Below, piece after piece: positions 44,340-53,436 of a DNA stretch of 64,000 nt. A model generated the notes under the pieces. The model ran no database searches, was not told the origin of the DNA, and worked only from the letters and a program-made list of their open reading frames with translations. The stretch is from positions 4,663 to 68,662 of the forward strand of contig CAZNUU010000004.1 of the NCBI GenBank assembly GCA_964576615.1. Reading direction: 5' to 3'. Made by a program: the position numbers and the translations under genes. This DNA comes from an uncultured Candidatus Saccharibacteria bacterium (lineage in GTDB: Bacteria > Patescibacteriota > Minisyncoccia > Phycocordibacterales > DATDWN01). Every line of letters starts with the position of its first letter. Position 1 is the first letter of the stretch.

Positions 44340-45767
44340 ATGAAAAAGACTTTCTATATCACAACTACTTTGCCATATATAAATGCTGATCCGCATATCG
44401 GTTTTGCTATGGAGATAATTCAGGCTGATGTCATTAATCGAGCAAAAGTCCTTCAAGGTTTTGAGACTTTCTTCAATACTGGCAGTGACGAACACGGTCA
44501 AAAAATGTACAAGAAAGCTCTGGAGGCCAAGAAAGAACCTAAGGTTTACATGGACGAATTTGCAGAAAAATTTAGGAATCTTAAATCACTCTTAAATCTA
44601 AGTGAAAATTTAAAGTTCATTAGAACAACTGATGATTATCACAAAAAAGCGGCACAAGAATTTTGGAAGAGGTGTGAGGTGAACGGAGATATATATCAAA
44701 AAGAGTACAAGATTAAATATTGTGTCGGCTGCGAGCTTGAGAAAACAGATTCAGAACTTGTAGATGGAAAATGTCCTATTCATCCTGATAAGGAGCTGGA
44801 GTTAATTGATGAAATAAATTATTTTTTTAGGTTTTCAAAATACAGCGAAAAATTACTTGAGCTTTATAGAAATAATCCAGAATTTGTAAAACCAGATTAT
44901 AGATTAAACGAGATAAAAGCTTTAATTCGCAGAGGTTTGGAGGATTTTAGTGTTTCTCGGGTTGCAAAGAAAATGCCTTGGGGAGTTCCAGTTCCAGGAG
45001 ATGAGAGTCAAGTTATGTACGTGTGGTTCGATGCTTTAGTTAATTATGTCTCGACTATTGGTTGGCCAAATGACTTAGATAGTTTCAGTAAATGGTGGCC
45101 AGTCGTTCAATTCGCAGGTAAAGACCAAGTTCGTCAGCAGGCGGCAATGTGGCAGGCTATGCTTCTCTCAGCCGGGCTTACACCGTCGGAAAAAATTGTG
45201 ATCCATGGATTTATAAATATTGGTGGTGAAAAAATGTCAAAAAGTGTCGGTAATGTCGTCGGTCCAGTTGAGTTAGTTAACGAATACGGGGTTGATGCAC
45301 TTAGGTATTACCTGACTCGTGAAGTTAATCAGTTTGAGGATAGTGATTTCACGAAAGAGAGATTTAAGGAGGCCTATAATGCCAATCTGGCCAATGGCTT
45401 GGGGAACCTAGTCTCAAGAGTGATGAAAATGGCCCAGGACAACCTAGAAGAACCTGTTGAGGTGCCAGAATTTGAGAACATGGAGTCTTATTTCACTTTT
45501 CTAAATGCTTTTGATATCAATAAGGCGGTCAATTTCGTATGGGAAGAGATTAGTAAGATGGATAAATTCATTCAAGACAGTGAGCCCTTCAAGGTTGTTA
45601 AGGAAGACAAAGAAAAAGGTAAGAAAATGATCAAGGATTTGGTCACAAGGCTCTATAGTGTGGCTAGAATGTTAAATCCAATAATGCCTGAGACGTCAAA
45701 TAAGATAAAGGAGCTTATCAAATCAAATAAATCACCGGAAAAACCACTCTTTCTTCGCAAAGACTAA
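44340..45767 (+). CDS. metG: Methionine--tRNA ligase (short form).
   Basis: The HIGH-type motif PYINADPHIGFA is present. KMSKSVGN and the anticodon-binding domain are present. Confidence 0.9.
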   Translation: MKKTFYITTTLPYINADPHIGFAMEIIQADVINRAKVLQGFETFFNTGSDEHGQKMYKKALEAKKEPKVYMDEFAEKFRNLKSLLNLSENLKFIRTTDDYHKKAAQEFWKRCEVNGDIYQKEYKIKYCVGCELEKTDSELVDGKCPIHPDKELELIDEINYFFRFSKYSEKLLELYRNNPEFVKPDYRLNEIKALIRRGLEDFSVSRVAKKMPWGVPVPGDESQVMYVWFDALVNYVSTIGWPNDLDSFSKWWPVVQFAGKDQVRQQAAMWQAMLLSAGLTPSEKIVIHGFINIGGEKMSKSVGNVVGPVELVNEYGVDALRYYLTREVNQFEDSDFTKERFKEAYNANLANGLGNLVSRVMKMAQDNLEEPVEVPEFENMESYFTFLNAFDINKAVNFVWEEISKMDKFIQDSEPFKVVKEDKEKGKKMIKDLVTRLYSVARMLNPIMPETSNKIKELIKSNKSPEKPLFLRKD

Positions 45768-45768
45768 A

Positions 45769-46563
45769 ATGTACGAATATTTTGATATTCATTCTCACAT
45801 TTATTCTCCCGAATTCGACAATGATAGGGAAGAGGAAATTGAGAAGTTAAAGAAAGCAAAAATTGGGACGATAACTATTGGCGCAGATCTTGAGACATCC
45901 AAGCAGGCAATCGAACTTGCGGACAAACATGAGAATATTTTTGCGACTATCGGACAAATTCCAAGTGACCTAAATAACAATTCTGTCTTTGAAGAGAAGT
46001 TAGAGATCCTTGTCCAAAATAAAAAAGTAGTAGCTATAGGGGAATGTGGGCTGGATTATTTTCGAGATGAATCTCCAGATCTAAAAAATATTCAAAAAAC
46101 AATTTTTGAATATCACATTGATCTTGCCCTTTCATCGGAACTTCCACTTATGTTACATGTCCGGGATAAGCGCGGATCATTTTTGGCGTATAAGGATACT
46201 CTGGATGTTTTAGAGCATCATGCAAAATTAGCAGGTAGTCGTTTGCGAGGGAATGCGCATTTTTTTGCAGGTAATATGGATACTCTAAAAAGATTTCTTG
46301 CAATTGGTTTTACCGTTTCCTTTACTGGGGTTATCACTTTTACTCAGGACTATGATGAGCTTATCCAATTTGTACCTCTCAATATGATAATGGCGGAAAC
46401 CGATGCACCATTTGTTGCTCCAGTGCCATACAGAGGGAAGAGGAACTCGCCACTTTATGTAGCAGAAGTAGTAAAGAAAATTGCAGAGATAAGAAGTGAA
46501 CCACTCATGCATGTAAAAAAAGCTCTACTAGAGAATACTTTTTCAAGCTTCAAATTGGGCTAA
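45769..46563 (+). CDS. tatD: TatD-family metal-dependent hydrolase.
   Basis: The motifs FDIHSHI, GECGLDY and METDAPF are present. Confidence 0.85.
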   Translation: MYEYFDIHSHIYSPEFDNDREEEIEKLKKAKIGTITIGADLETSKQAIELADKHENIFATIGQIPSDLNNNSVFEEKLEILVQNKKVVAIGECGLDYFRDESPDLKNIQKTIFEYHIDLALSSELPLMLHVRDKRGSFLAYKDTLDVLEHHAKLAGSRLRGNAHFFAGNMDTLKRFLAIGFTVSFTGVITFTQDYDELIQFVPLNMIMAETDAPFVAPVPYRGKRNSPLYVAEVVKKIAEIRSEPLMHVKKALLENTFSSFKLG

Positions 46564-46595
46564 TTCGACCCTGGTTATCCACAGAGAGGGGAAGT

Positions 46596-46650
46596 ATGGA
46601 TGGTCAGGAGTGGTAACGATCAGTGTCACATTTCCATCCATTTTTTTTTG
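46596..46650 (+). terminator. Hairpin with a long loop, followed by T9.
   Basis: atggatgg-(27 nt)-ccatccat, followed by ttttttttt. Confidence 0.45.
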
Positions 46651-46979
46651 CTGATTTTTGCAATCTTTTATCTCAAAGTAATTCTCAAAGGAGGTCTAAA
46701 AATGGCCGTTTGAACTATATGCAACATTACTAAACCTTAATAGGTCTCATGAAAAAATATAGATATTTTTTTGATGGTCTTTTTTTGAAAATTTTTTCAG
46801 AATTCATAACTTTTGGACTCACTAGTTTAGTTTTTTTAATTAGATTTGAGCCAAAAAAATACCTAAATTTTCCAACATTTTCTTAGGGGGTCTTTTTACC
46901 AAAAAAAGGCTTATTTATAGGCAAATAAGTGATAAAATATATATAAATCGCTGTCCGTTGGACCGATATTAATTCACTC

Positions 46980-49900
46980 ATGATCGGCGATGCAGTAAAA
47001 AGAATAGTGAGAAAAGAATTTCCTACTGGAAAAACTGTTTTTTCTTCACTCTTAATTTCTCTGTTAGCCCTCTCGCCCCTGCCACTTTTTGCCTCTACTT
47101 ATCAAACTTTAGCCTACCAAGACGTACACAAAGACAGATACCTATTTGCCTTTAATTTGATTTCAAGTGTTCAGAATTCTCTTGCGAATTTAAGTGATGG
47201 CCAGATAGGAAGTAAGTTTTCAGATGAGGAAAATCAGTTAATTTCAGCGAGCCAGCAGAACGCAGATAAGTTAGGAGAATTAATTAATGAAAAAATAGAT
47301 TACTTGGGTTATTCAATAAACCAGGGTTCAGCAGATTTGGTGTACCAAGGAGAATTATTTTTTGAATATATTTTTGGTTTATCTTTGAATAATAATCCAA
47401 GCGGTAATTATAATTTCAAATCACCGATAAGTGGAGGAGTGTCTTTGAGCAATCTTTTTGAAGGCAAAGTGATTTCAAAGTTTAGAAATTTATTTGGTAA
47501 TGGGATCAATTTTCCAAAAGTTGCTGAAGCAAAAAAAATAGTAGAAAAGAAATCGGAACAGATTTCAGAAAAAACGAAAGCTGCCGAAGTTGCAGTTTCA
47601 AATAAACCAGAGCCAAAAGTTTTGGCTGCAAATATTTCTGTTCCAACAAGTGCAATAAAAAAAGTTATAAATAATTATTTGGCTCCAACTCCTAAACAGG
47701 ATGCGGCACTTAGTATTTTACCTAACTACGTAACAAAAAAAGATTTAGACAGTCGCTTGAAGTTATTATCTGAAGAATTTATTAAAAAAATATCGGCAAT
47801 TAACATTAATCCCGTAAGTGGTGACGATTTGGCAAACATATACAGGCAGATCGCTCTAACCCAGAGGATAGACCAAATTTCAAATGTAACCATCAATAAT
47901 TCCTACATTAGCAGCGGTAGTGTCGGGGGTGTCTCTGTGACCAACATTGTTTCAAATACTGGCTCAACAAGTATCCCGAATCTAGTAGTAAACAACACCT
48001 CTACCTCTACATTTGCCGGGGGGGTAGCTATTACAGGCGGATGTATAAGTGTAAATGGTACATGTGTGGGTGGCGGTGGGGGTAGTGGTACACCCGGAGG
48101 TAGTGATGGCCAGATCCAATTTAACAGTGGAGGGACATCATTCGGAGGGTCGTCCAGTTTGGTCTGGGATAATACTAACTTGAGGCTGGGTGTTGGTACA
48201 ACATCACCATACGCTCCACTTTCAGTTGTGGGGCAAATTGTTGCAGCCTATTTTACGGCAACAACAACATTGGTAAATACATTTCCTTATGCTTCAACCA
48301 CAGCTCTGTCGGTTTCCAGTGGACTGACATTGAATACTTCAACTAATGGTCCACTTCAAGCAGTTGGTGGAATTGTTTCAGCTACCACATCGATTGGTGT
48401 TGCGTACGGTGGTACCGGTTGGGCATCTCTTCAATCAAACGCAGTTCTTCTTGGAAATGGTTCAGGGAAAATTGCAACAACATCAGCTGGTACCGACGGG
48501 CAAGTCTTGGCATTAGTAAACGGGGTACCAACCTGGCAATCGACTACAACACTTTCTACAATTACTGGAACACTTACAGTAGGGAAGGGTGGTACTAATG
48601 CAACATCTTTCTCAGCTAACTCGATTGTGGTTTCTGATGCTGCCGGGACAACTCTAATTGCTACTGGGTCGAAACTAACCATTGGCTCACTCCTTTCTAC
48701 CACAACCGCAACATCCACATTTTCTGGAGCACTAGGAATTGGCACGACATCACCTTGGGCAGTATTTTCTGTTAACCCAACGGGAGGTACAGCAGCTGCA
48801 CAATTTGTAGTTGGATCCTCATCTGCAACAAATCTAATCGTGTTAAACTCGGGATTTGTTGGTATTTCCAGTACAACCCCGACATCTAGATTTGGAGTAA
48901 ACCCTCAAGCCGGAGATATAGTAGCTTTTGCAGTAGGTTCTTCAACTAAATCACTTCTCTCCATCTCGACTGAAGGTTTTGGCACCACAACCCTTGCTGG
49001 TCTTAACGTAAATGCTACAGCCACTTCTACATCAAATGTTGGCTGGAATATAAGTAATGGTTGTTATGCTATTTCTGGAACCTGTCTTTCTCTTTCTAAT
49101 TTGGCTGGAACACTTGCTGTCTCCAAGGGCGGAACAAATGCTACTTCTTTTGCAGCTAACTCCATCATTGTCTCTGATGCTGCTGGCACAACTCTCATTG
49201 CAACAACATCAAACAACTTCACACTCGGATCGTTTATTGCCACCTCCACCACACTTAACTCCTACTCACTTAATAACTGGACAGGTTTTGGCACAAGTAC
49301 GCCGGTATACGAAGTTACAATCTCATCTTCTACAGCGCCCCAGTTAGCTTTATCTGCAGGCTCGGGTATAGCGCAGTGGGTATTTAGAAACGGTGGGGGT
49401 GATCTTTATCTCGCGACTACAACTGTCGCGGGAACTGCTACTACCTCAATCACAGCTCTAACCATATCTGGTAGTGGCTTCGGTACCACAACAATCCGCG
49501 GCCTAACTATTGCTAACGGCCAAGCAACTTCTACCTCCAACGTCGGTTGGTCAATCACAAATGGTTGTTACGCTATAGGTACGACCTGTCTATCACTTTC
49601 ATCACTTACTGGAACACTCGCGGTTGCAAGTGGTGGTACTAACTCGACATCTTTTGCGGCTAACTCGATTATCACATCTGATGCCGCCGGAACTACACTC
49701 ATTGCAACAACATCAAACAACTTCACACTCGGATCATTTATTGCCACCTCCACCACACTTAACTCCTACTCACTTAATAACTGGATTGGTTTTGGTACCA
49801 CAACATCGAAGTACCCCTTAACAATTTCATCTTCGACGGCATCTCAACTTGCTCTCTCAGCTAGCTCTGGTTTTGCTCAGGTGGTGTTTAGAAATGATGG

Positions 49901-50801
49901 CACTAACTTTTACATTGCCACAACCACTACTGCTGGTACAGCTACCACTTCAACTCCGGCGATGCAGATAGCAATATCTACTGGTAATGTTGGTTTTGGT
50001 ACAACAACTTCTCTTGGGCCGCTCACCATGAACTCTGGTGCGTTTGTGACAACAGGAGGTACATGGACAAACGCGTCAGATCGAAACTTGAAGGAAAATT
50101 TTGTGGAGCTAGATATTAACGATATCTTAAACAAGATTATGCAGTTGCCGATAACACAGTGGAATTATAAATCTGAAAATATTAACATTCCTCACATCGG
50201 TCCAGTTGCTCAAGATTTCCATGCAATATTTGGTCTTGGTAATTCTGATACATCAATCTCGACCATTGACCCTGCCGGTGTAGCACTTGTGGGTATAAAA
50301 GCTTTATATAAAAAAATCGAAGACATTGGCAAATATTTTGCAGATAATGTTCTTAAAATAAACAAAGTCTCTACGGAAAACCTTTGTGTAAGTGATGATG
50401 AAGGTGAGACGTGTATCACTAGGGCAGAACTTCTAGCACTTCTTTCAAAATCAAAAGGGCAAAGCAGTAATACTCCTCCTCCAACGGCTTCGACAACTCT
50501 GTCTGTCCCGCAAGACACTTCCGCTCCAGTTATTACTATTTTGGGGGATAACCCAGCACAGATAGTTGTTGGCTCAACTTATTCCGACATGGGTGCCACA
50601 GTTTCTGATACCAACGCAGATGGAAGTGTAAATAATAATCTGGGTCTGCACTACACTGTAAATGGTCTAAGTACAGATTCTGTTTCGATTGATACGGCTA
50701 CTTCATCAAGTCACACCGTCGTATATTCGGCAGTAGATTCGTCAGGAAACTGGGGCTATGCAACTCGAACTGTAGAGGTAAAAGAAGCTGTTGCGCCGTA
50801 A
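46980..50801 (+). CDS. Giant secreted protein (1273 aa) resembling a tail fibre. It has a signal peptide, Thr/Ser/Gly-rich beta repeats, a C-terminal intramolecular-chaperone (peptidase S74-like) module, and a DUF5011-like Ig domain.
   Basis: The signal peptide is FSSLLISLLALSPLPLFAS. A ~170-aa unit is repeated (GTLAVSKGGTNATSFAANSI...). The chaperone-like block is LPITQWNYKSENINIPHIGPVAQDFHAIFG...VALVGIKALYKKIEDI. The C-terminal PVITILGDNPAQIVVGSTYSDMGATVSDTNADGS is DUF5011-like. Confidence 0.6.
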   Translation: MIGDAVKRIVRKEFPTGKTVFSSLLISLLALSPLPLFASTYQTLAYQDVHKDRYLFAFNLISSVQNSLANLSDGQIGSKFSDEENQLISASQQNADKLGELINEKIDYLGYSINQGSADLVYQGELFFEYIFGLSLNNNPSGNYNFKSPISGGVSLSNLFEGKVISKFRNLFGNGINFPKVAEAKKIVEKKSEQISEKTKAAEVAVSNKPEPKVLAANISVPTSAIKKVINNYLAPTPKQDAALSILPNYVTKKDLDSRLKLLSEEFIKKISAININPVSGDDLANIYRQIALTQRIDQISNVTINNSYISSGSVGGVSVTNIVSNTGSTSIPNLVVNNTSTSTFAGGVAITGGCISVNGTCVGGGGGSGTPGGSDGQIQFNSGGTSFGGSSSLVWDNTNLRLGVGTTSPYAPLSVVGQIVAAYFTATTTLVNTFPYASTTALSVSSGLTLNTSTNGPLQAVGGIVSATTSIGVAYGGTGWASLQSNAVLLGNGSGKIATTSAGTDGQVLALVNGVPTWQSTTTLSTITGTLTVGKGGTNATSFSANSIVVSDAAGTTLIATGSKLTIGSLLSTTTATSTFSGALGIGTTSPWAVFSVNPTGGTAAAQFVVGSSSATNLIVLNSGFVGISSTTPTSRFGVNPQAGDIVAFAVGSSTKSLLSISTEGFGTTTLAGLNVNATATSTSNVGWNISNGCYAISGTCLSLSNLAGTLAVSKGGTNATSFAANSIIVSDAAGTTLIATTSNNFTLGSFIATSTTLNSYSLNNWTGFGTSTPVYEVTISSSTAPQLALSAGSGIAQWVFRNGGGDLYLATTTVAGTATTSITALTISGSGFGTTTIRGLTIANGQATSTSNVGWSITNGCYAIGTTCLSLSSLTGTLAVASGGTNSTSFAANSIITSDAAGTTLIATTSNNFTLGSFIATSTTLNSYSLNNWIGFGTTTSKYPLTISSSTASQLALSASSGFAQVVFRNDGTNFYIATTTTAGTATTSTPAMQIAISTGNVGFGTTTSLGPLTMNSGAFVTTGGTWTNASDRNLKENFVELDINDILNKIMQLPITQWNYKSENINIPHIGPVAQDFHAIFGLGNSDTSISTIDPAGVALVGIKALYKKIEDIGKYFADNVLKINKVSTENLCVSDDEGETCITRAELLALLSKSKGQSSNTPPPTASTTLSVPQDTSAPVITILGDNPAQIVVGSTYSDMGATVSDTNADGSVNNNLGLHYTVNGLSTDSVSIDTATSSSHTVVYSAVDSSGNWGYATRTVEVKEAVAP
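48570..49800 (+). repeat. Intragenic tandem repeats with a period of about 510-540 nt. The last two units are almost identical over ~130 nt.
   Basis: The segment at 49141-49270 is near-identical to the segment at 49651-49780 (...tcattgcaacaacatcaaacaacttcacactcggatc...). Mirror ORFs appear on the minus strand at 49064-49252 and 49568-49756. Confidence 0.75.
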
Positions 50802-50826
50802 ATCGTCCTATGGTAGTCTTTTTGGA

Positions 50827-51354
50827 ATGGAAGGGGATTTTAACAAGGAAAAACAAGGCAAAAATGACGAGGTTCTAGTTTATGAAGTCTCGTATATTCT
50901 CCTACCTCATATAAATTCCGGGGATGTTCCAGCAAAAGCGGATTCACTAAAGAACGAAATAATCTCCCTGGGCGGCGAGATTATTTCAGGAGAGAACCCA
51001 GTCCTAATTGAACTGTCTTATCCAATGGTCAAAACCGTTGGTGCTACTCGTAATAAAGTTACATCTGGTTATTTTGGCTGGCTAAAGTTTGAACTAAAAA
51101 GAGGGGAGGAGGCGGGGATATTAAAGGTGAAGAAAATGTTAGATGGCAATAGTGATATTGTTCGATTTCTCCTAATAAACACTGTTAGAGAAAACACACT
51201 GCTTAACGGCAAGATGGTTTTAGTAAATGAGGAGAAAGAAAAGAAATCTCCAGACGAAGAGGTGCCTTATGAAGGCGAAAGTACAGAAGTAGTTGAAGAG
51301 AAAAGTACAACCGAAGATATTGATAAGAGTATTGATGATTTAGTAATTGTTTAG
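50827..51354 (+). CDS. rpsF: 30S ribosomal protein S6, with a C-terminal acidic extension.
   Basis: YEVSYILLPHINSGDVPAKADSLKNEI...LIELSYPM is S6-like. The start was taken at MEGDF, because the longer ORF overlaps the upstream gene. Confidence 0.7.
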   Translation: MEGDFNKEKQGKNDEVLVYEVSYILLPHINSGDVPAKADSLKNEIISLGGEIISGENPVLIELSYPMVKTVGATRNKVTSGYFGWLKFELKRGEEAGILKVKKMLDGNSDIVRFLLINTVRENTLLNGKMVLVNEEKEKKSPDEEVPYEGESTEVVEEKSTTEDIDKSIDDLVIV

Positions 51355-51571
51355 AAAATTAAGGAGTGAAACGACTATAATTTACTTAACCCAGCCCCAC
51401 TTTTGGTAAAAAATGAAACAAAATATAAAACAAACAAATAGTGAAAAAATCTCTAGCGACGCGCGAAGGAATACTTCGGCCCTATTCGGGCCAGCGTCGA
51501 GGAATAGTTTACTAGCAAAAGTGGGGCTGGGTGAAGATTTTTATAATCGCTTCGCTCATTAAAAATCAATC
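51355..51571 (+). promoter_or_regulatory. Structured leader element, copy 2. It has the same 5' and 3' modules as 28245-28422, and a possible 49-codon uORF at 51413-51562. It ends 9 nt upstream of the ssb ATG.
   Basis: The 5' module aaaattaaggagtgaaacgactataatttacttaaccca lies at 51355-51393. The covarying arms cccagccccactttt and aaaagtggggctggg pair. The 3' module agatttttataatcgcttcgctcattaaaaatcaatc follows. Confidence 0.55.
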
Positions 51572-52009
51572 ATGTATTTAAACAAAGCACTGATTATAGG
51601 AAATTTAACTAGGGATCCAGAGATGAGGTCTTTGCCGTCTGGCGTAAAAGTATCGAGCTTTTCGGTGGCCACAAACCGAGTCTGGAAAGATAAAAACGGT
51701 GTTAAACAAGAAAATGTTGATTATCACAACGTGGTTGTCTTTGGAAAACAAGCGGATATTGTTTCGCAATATTTGAAAAAAGGATCTTCGATTTTAGTGG
51801 AAGGACGAATGCAGACTCGCAGTTGGGACGATGCTTCGGGGGTGAAAAAATATAGAACGGAAATAATTGCAGAAAGAATCCAGTTTGGACCAAAGAGGGA
51901 AGGTTCAGGTGGCTACGCTGTGCCAATGCCGGAACATGAAGAAAAAAAGGCAATTGATACGATCGAGTATCCCGAAGAAGAAATTAATCCAGATGATATT
52001 CCATTTTAG
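51572..52009 (+). CDS. ssb: Single-stranded DNA-binding protein.
   Basis: The OB fold NKALIIGNLTRDPEMR is present. The acidic C-terminal tip DDIPF is present. Confidence 0.85.
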   Translation: MYLNKALIIGNLTRDPEMRSLPSGVKVSSFSVATNRVWKDKNGVKQENVDYHNVVVFGKQADIVSQYLKKGSSILVEGRMQTRSWDDASGVKKYRTEIIAERIQFGPKREGSGGYAVPMPEHEEKKAIDTIEYPEEEINPDDIPF

Positions 52010-52019
52010 GTGAAATTTT

Positions 52020-52220
52020 ATGAAACAAGATTATTTTAACGAAAACAATATAAAATACATTGACTACAAAGACGTGGATCTTCTTAAGAAGTTTTTAAAT
52101 CCGCATGCCAGGGTAATGTCTCGTAGACGAACTGGGGTTAGTGCAAAAAATCAAAGACTGTTAGCAAATGCCGTAAAGAGGGCTCGCTTCATGGGCCTAC
52201 TTCCTTTTGTAAGCAGATAA
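52020..52220 (+). CDS. rpsR: 30S ribosomal protein S18.
   Basis: [50 protein letters not shown] matches S18. Confidence 0.85.
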   Translation: MKQDYFNENNIKYIDYKDVDLLKKFLNPHARVMSRRRTGVSAKNQRLLANAVKRARFMGLLPFVSR

Positions 52221-52227
52221 TCAAGAT

Positions 52228-52258
52228 AGGAAAGGGGCGACCAGCAAGTCGCCCTCTT
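52228..52258. terminator. Bidirectional GC-rich hairpin. Its stem gggcgac/gtcgccc is shared with the hairpin at 27327-27358.
   Basis: aggggcgac-cagcaa-gtcgccctc. Confidence 0.55.
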
Positions 52259-52260
52259 CT

Positions 52261-52467
52261 TTACCCAACCATCCCTTCTATTCTTGCGATCAAGGCGATG
52301 ACGTGCATTCTCACTATCTCGGGTTCGATGTAGCCCCAATCCGTACGATTCCGCATTGTCTCGAGGTACCTTCGTAGTTCCTCCAAGCGGGCCTTCTTGT
52401 CGAATCCGGCTGCAAGACCTGAAACGAATCGCATCTCGTCTCCAGTCGAATAAATGAAATCGCTCAT
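52261..52467 (-). CDS. GC-rich 68-aa protein of unknown function (cassette G).
   Basis: The minus-strand promoter TTGAAA-N17-TACTAT lies at 52482-52511. GGAGGC lies 3 nt before the ATG. Confidence 0.45.
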   Translation of the reverse strand: MSDFIYSTGDEMRFVSGLAAGFDKKARLEELRRYLETMRNRTDWGYIEPEIVRMHVIALIARIEGMVG

Positions 52468-52512
52468 AGAGCCTCCAGCGCAATAGTAATATTTTAAAGC
52501 TCAGATTTCAAG

Positions 52513-53094
52513 TTAGAAATTTGCACCACCAACTCTTTCTGTGTATTCGCCAGACTCGGTGTTAATTCGGATAGTATCTCCTTCTTTTATAAACATAGGC
52601 ACTTGAAGTTCTACTCCAGTTTCTACCTTTACACTCTTTGTGCCGCCTTGAGCTGTGTTACCTTTTACTGCAGGATGAGCCTCGATAACCTTAAGTTCTA
52701 CTTTTATTGGCATATCGACTCCAATCATCTTTTCTCCAAAGTACATTATCTCAATAACTGTGTTTGGTTTTAGAAATTTTCCTCGTGGTCCAATGACATC
52801 CTCCTTTAACGAAAATCTTTTGGATGGATCTTTTGGGTCGCAGAACCAGTATTCACCTCTGTTGTTGTATAGGTATTTTGCTTCTTTGGAATCAATTTCT
52901 GCTTCCTCTACCTTTTCAGACACATGAAAAGATCTCTCGGTTACTTTGCCAGTAATAAGATTTTTTAGTTTCGTAGCGTTAACTGGTTTTCTTTGCTGTT
53001 TTCTAAAAACATGGGCGTCAATAACTTCCCATGGTTCTCCATCGAGAACTATGTATTTTCGAAGTGTAACCTCACTGTAATCTAGCATTGCCAT
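52513..53094 (-). CDS. efp: Elongation factor P.
   Basis: RKYIVLDGEPWEVIDAHVFRKQQRKPVNATKLKNLITGKV matches EF-P, including the KPG/KNL loop region. Confidence 0.9.
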   Translation of the reverse strand: MAMLDYSEVTLRKYIVLDGEPWEVIDAHVFRKQQRKPVNATKLKNLITGKVTERSFHVSEKVEEAEIDSKEAKYLYNNRGEYWFCDPKDPSKRFSLKEDVIGPRGKFLKPNTVIEIMYFGEKMIGVDMPIKVELKVIEAHPAVKGNTAQGGTKSVKVETGVELQVPMFIKEGDTIRINTESGEYTERVGGANF

Positions 53095-53199
53095 CCCATT
53101 AGAGATTTAAAATAATAAATTTCCCGGTCGATCTTCGTTAGCTGAATCTCTAACGGGACAAGTAGGGGAATAATAGCTAATTTAAGCCATTTTATCTAC

Positions 53200-53235
53200 T
53201 TGACATTTTATAATATATATTTACAATGTGGTTTA
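53200..53235 (+). promoter_or_regulatory. Promoter of cassette H: TTGACA, a 16-nt spacer, then TACAAT.
   Basis: TTGACA lies at 53200-53205. The -10 element is TACAAT. GGAGGT lies before the ATG at 53248. Confidence 0.5.
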
Positions 53236-53247
53236 GGAGGTCGAAGT

Positions 53248-53436
53248 ATGAGATGGTTCGTAAAACGCATTCGTGGTGCCCAGGAGCACGTTGTGGGATT
53301 CGCAAACGACCACAATCTCAAACCGGGCGAGCTACTCGTCATCTCGTCAGATCCAGGAGAGTACAGCCGCTTTGGCGGTGGTCGGGAAGCTTCGGTTCTG
53401 CTAATGTACTACGCAGAAAAGGAGCTCGAGTCATGA
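53248..53436 (+). CDS. GC-rich 62-aa protein, first gene of cassette H.
   Basis: The protein reads MRWFVKRIRGAQEHVVGFANDHNLKPGELLVISSDPGEYSRF... Its stop overlaps the next ATG in an ATGA arrangement. Confidence 0.45.
   Translation: MRWFVKRIRGAQEHVVGFANDHNLKPGELLVISSDPGEYSRFGGGREASVLLMYYAEKELES

Noticed and set aside
48431-49756. Minus-strand ORFs 48431-48745, 49064-49252 and 49568-49756 inside the giant protein gene.
   Set aside because: They are antisense mirrors of the Thr/Ser/Gly-rich repeat coding sequence. Their products (MVEVAINDPSVKLFDVVAM...) repeat with the same period.
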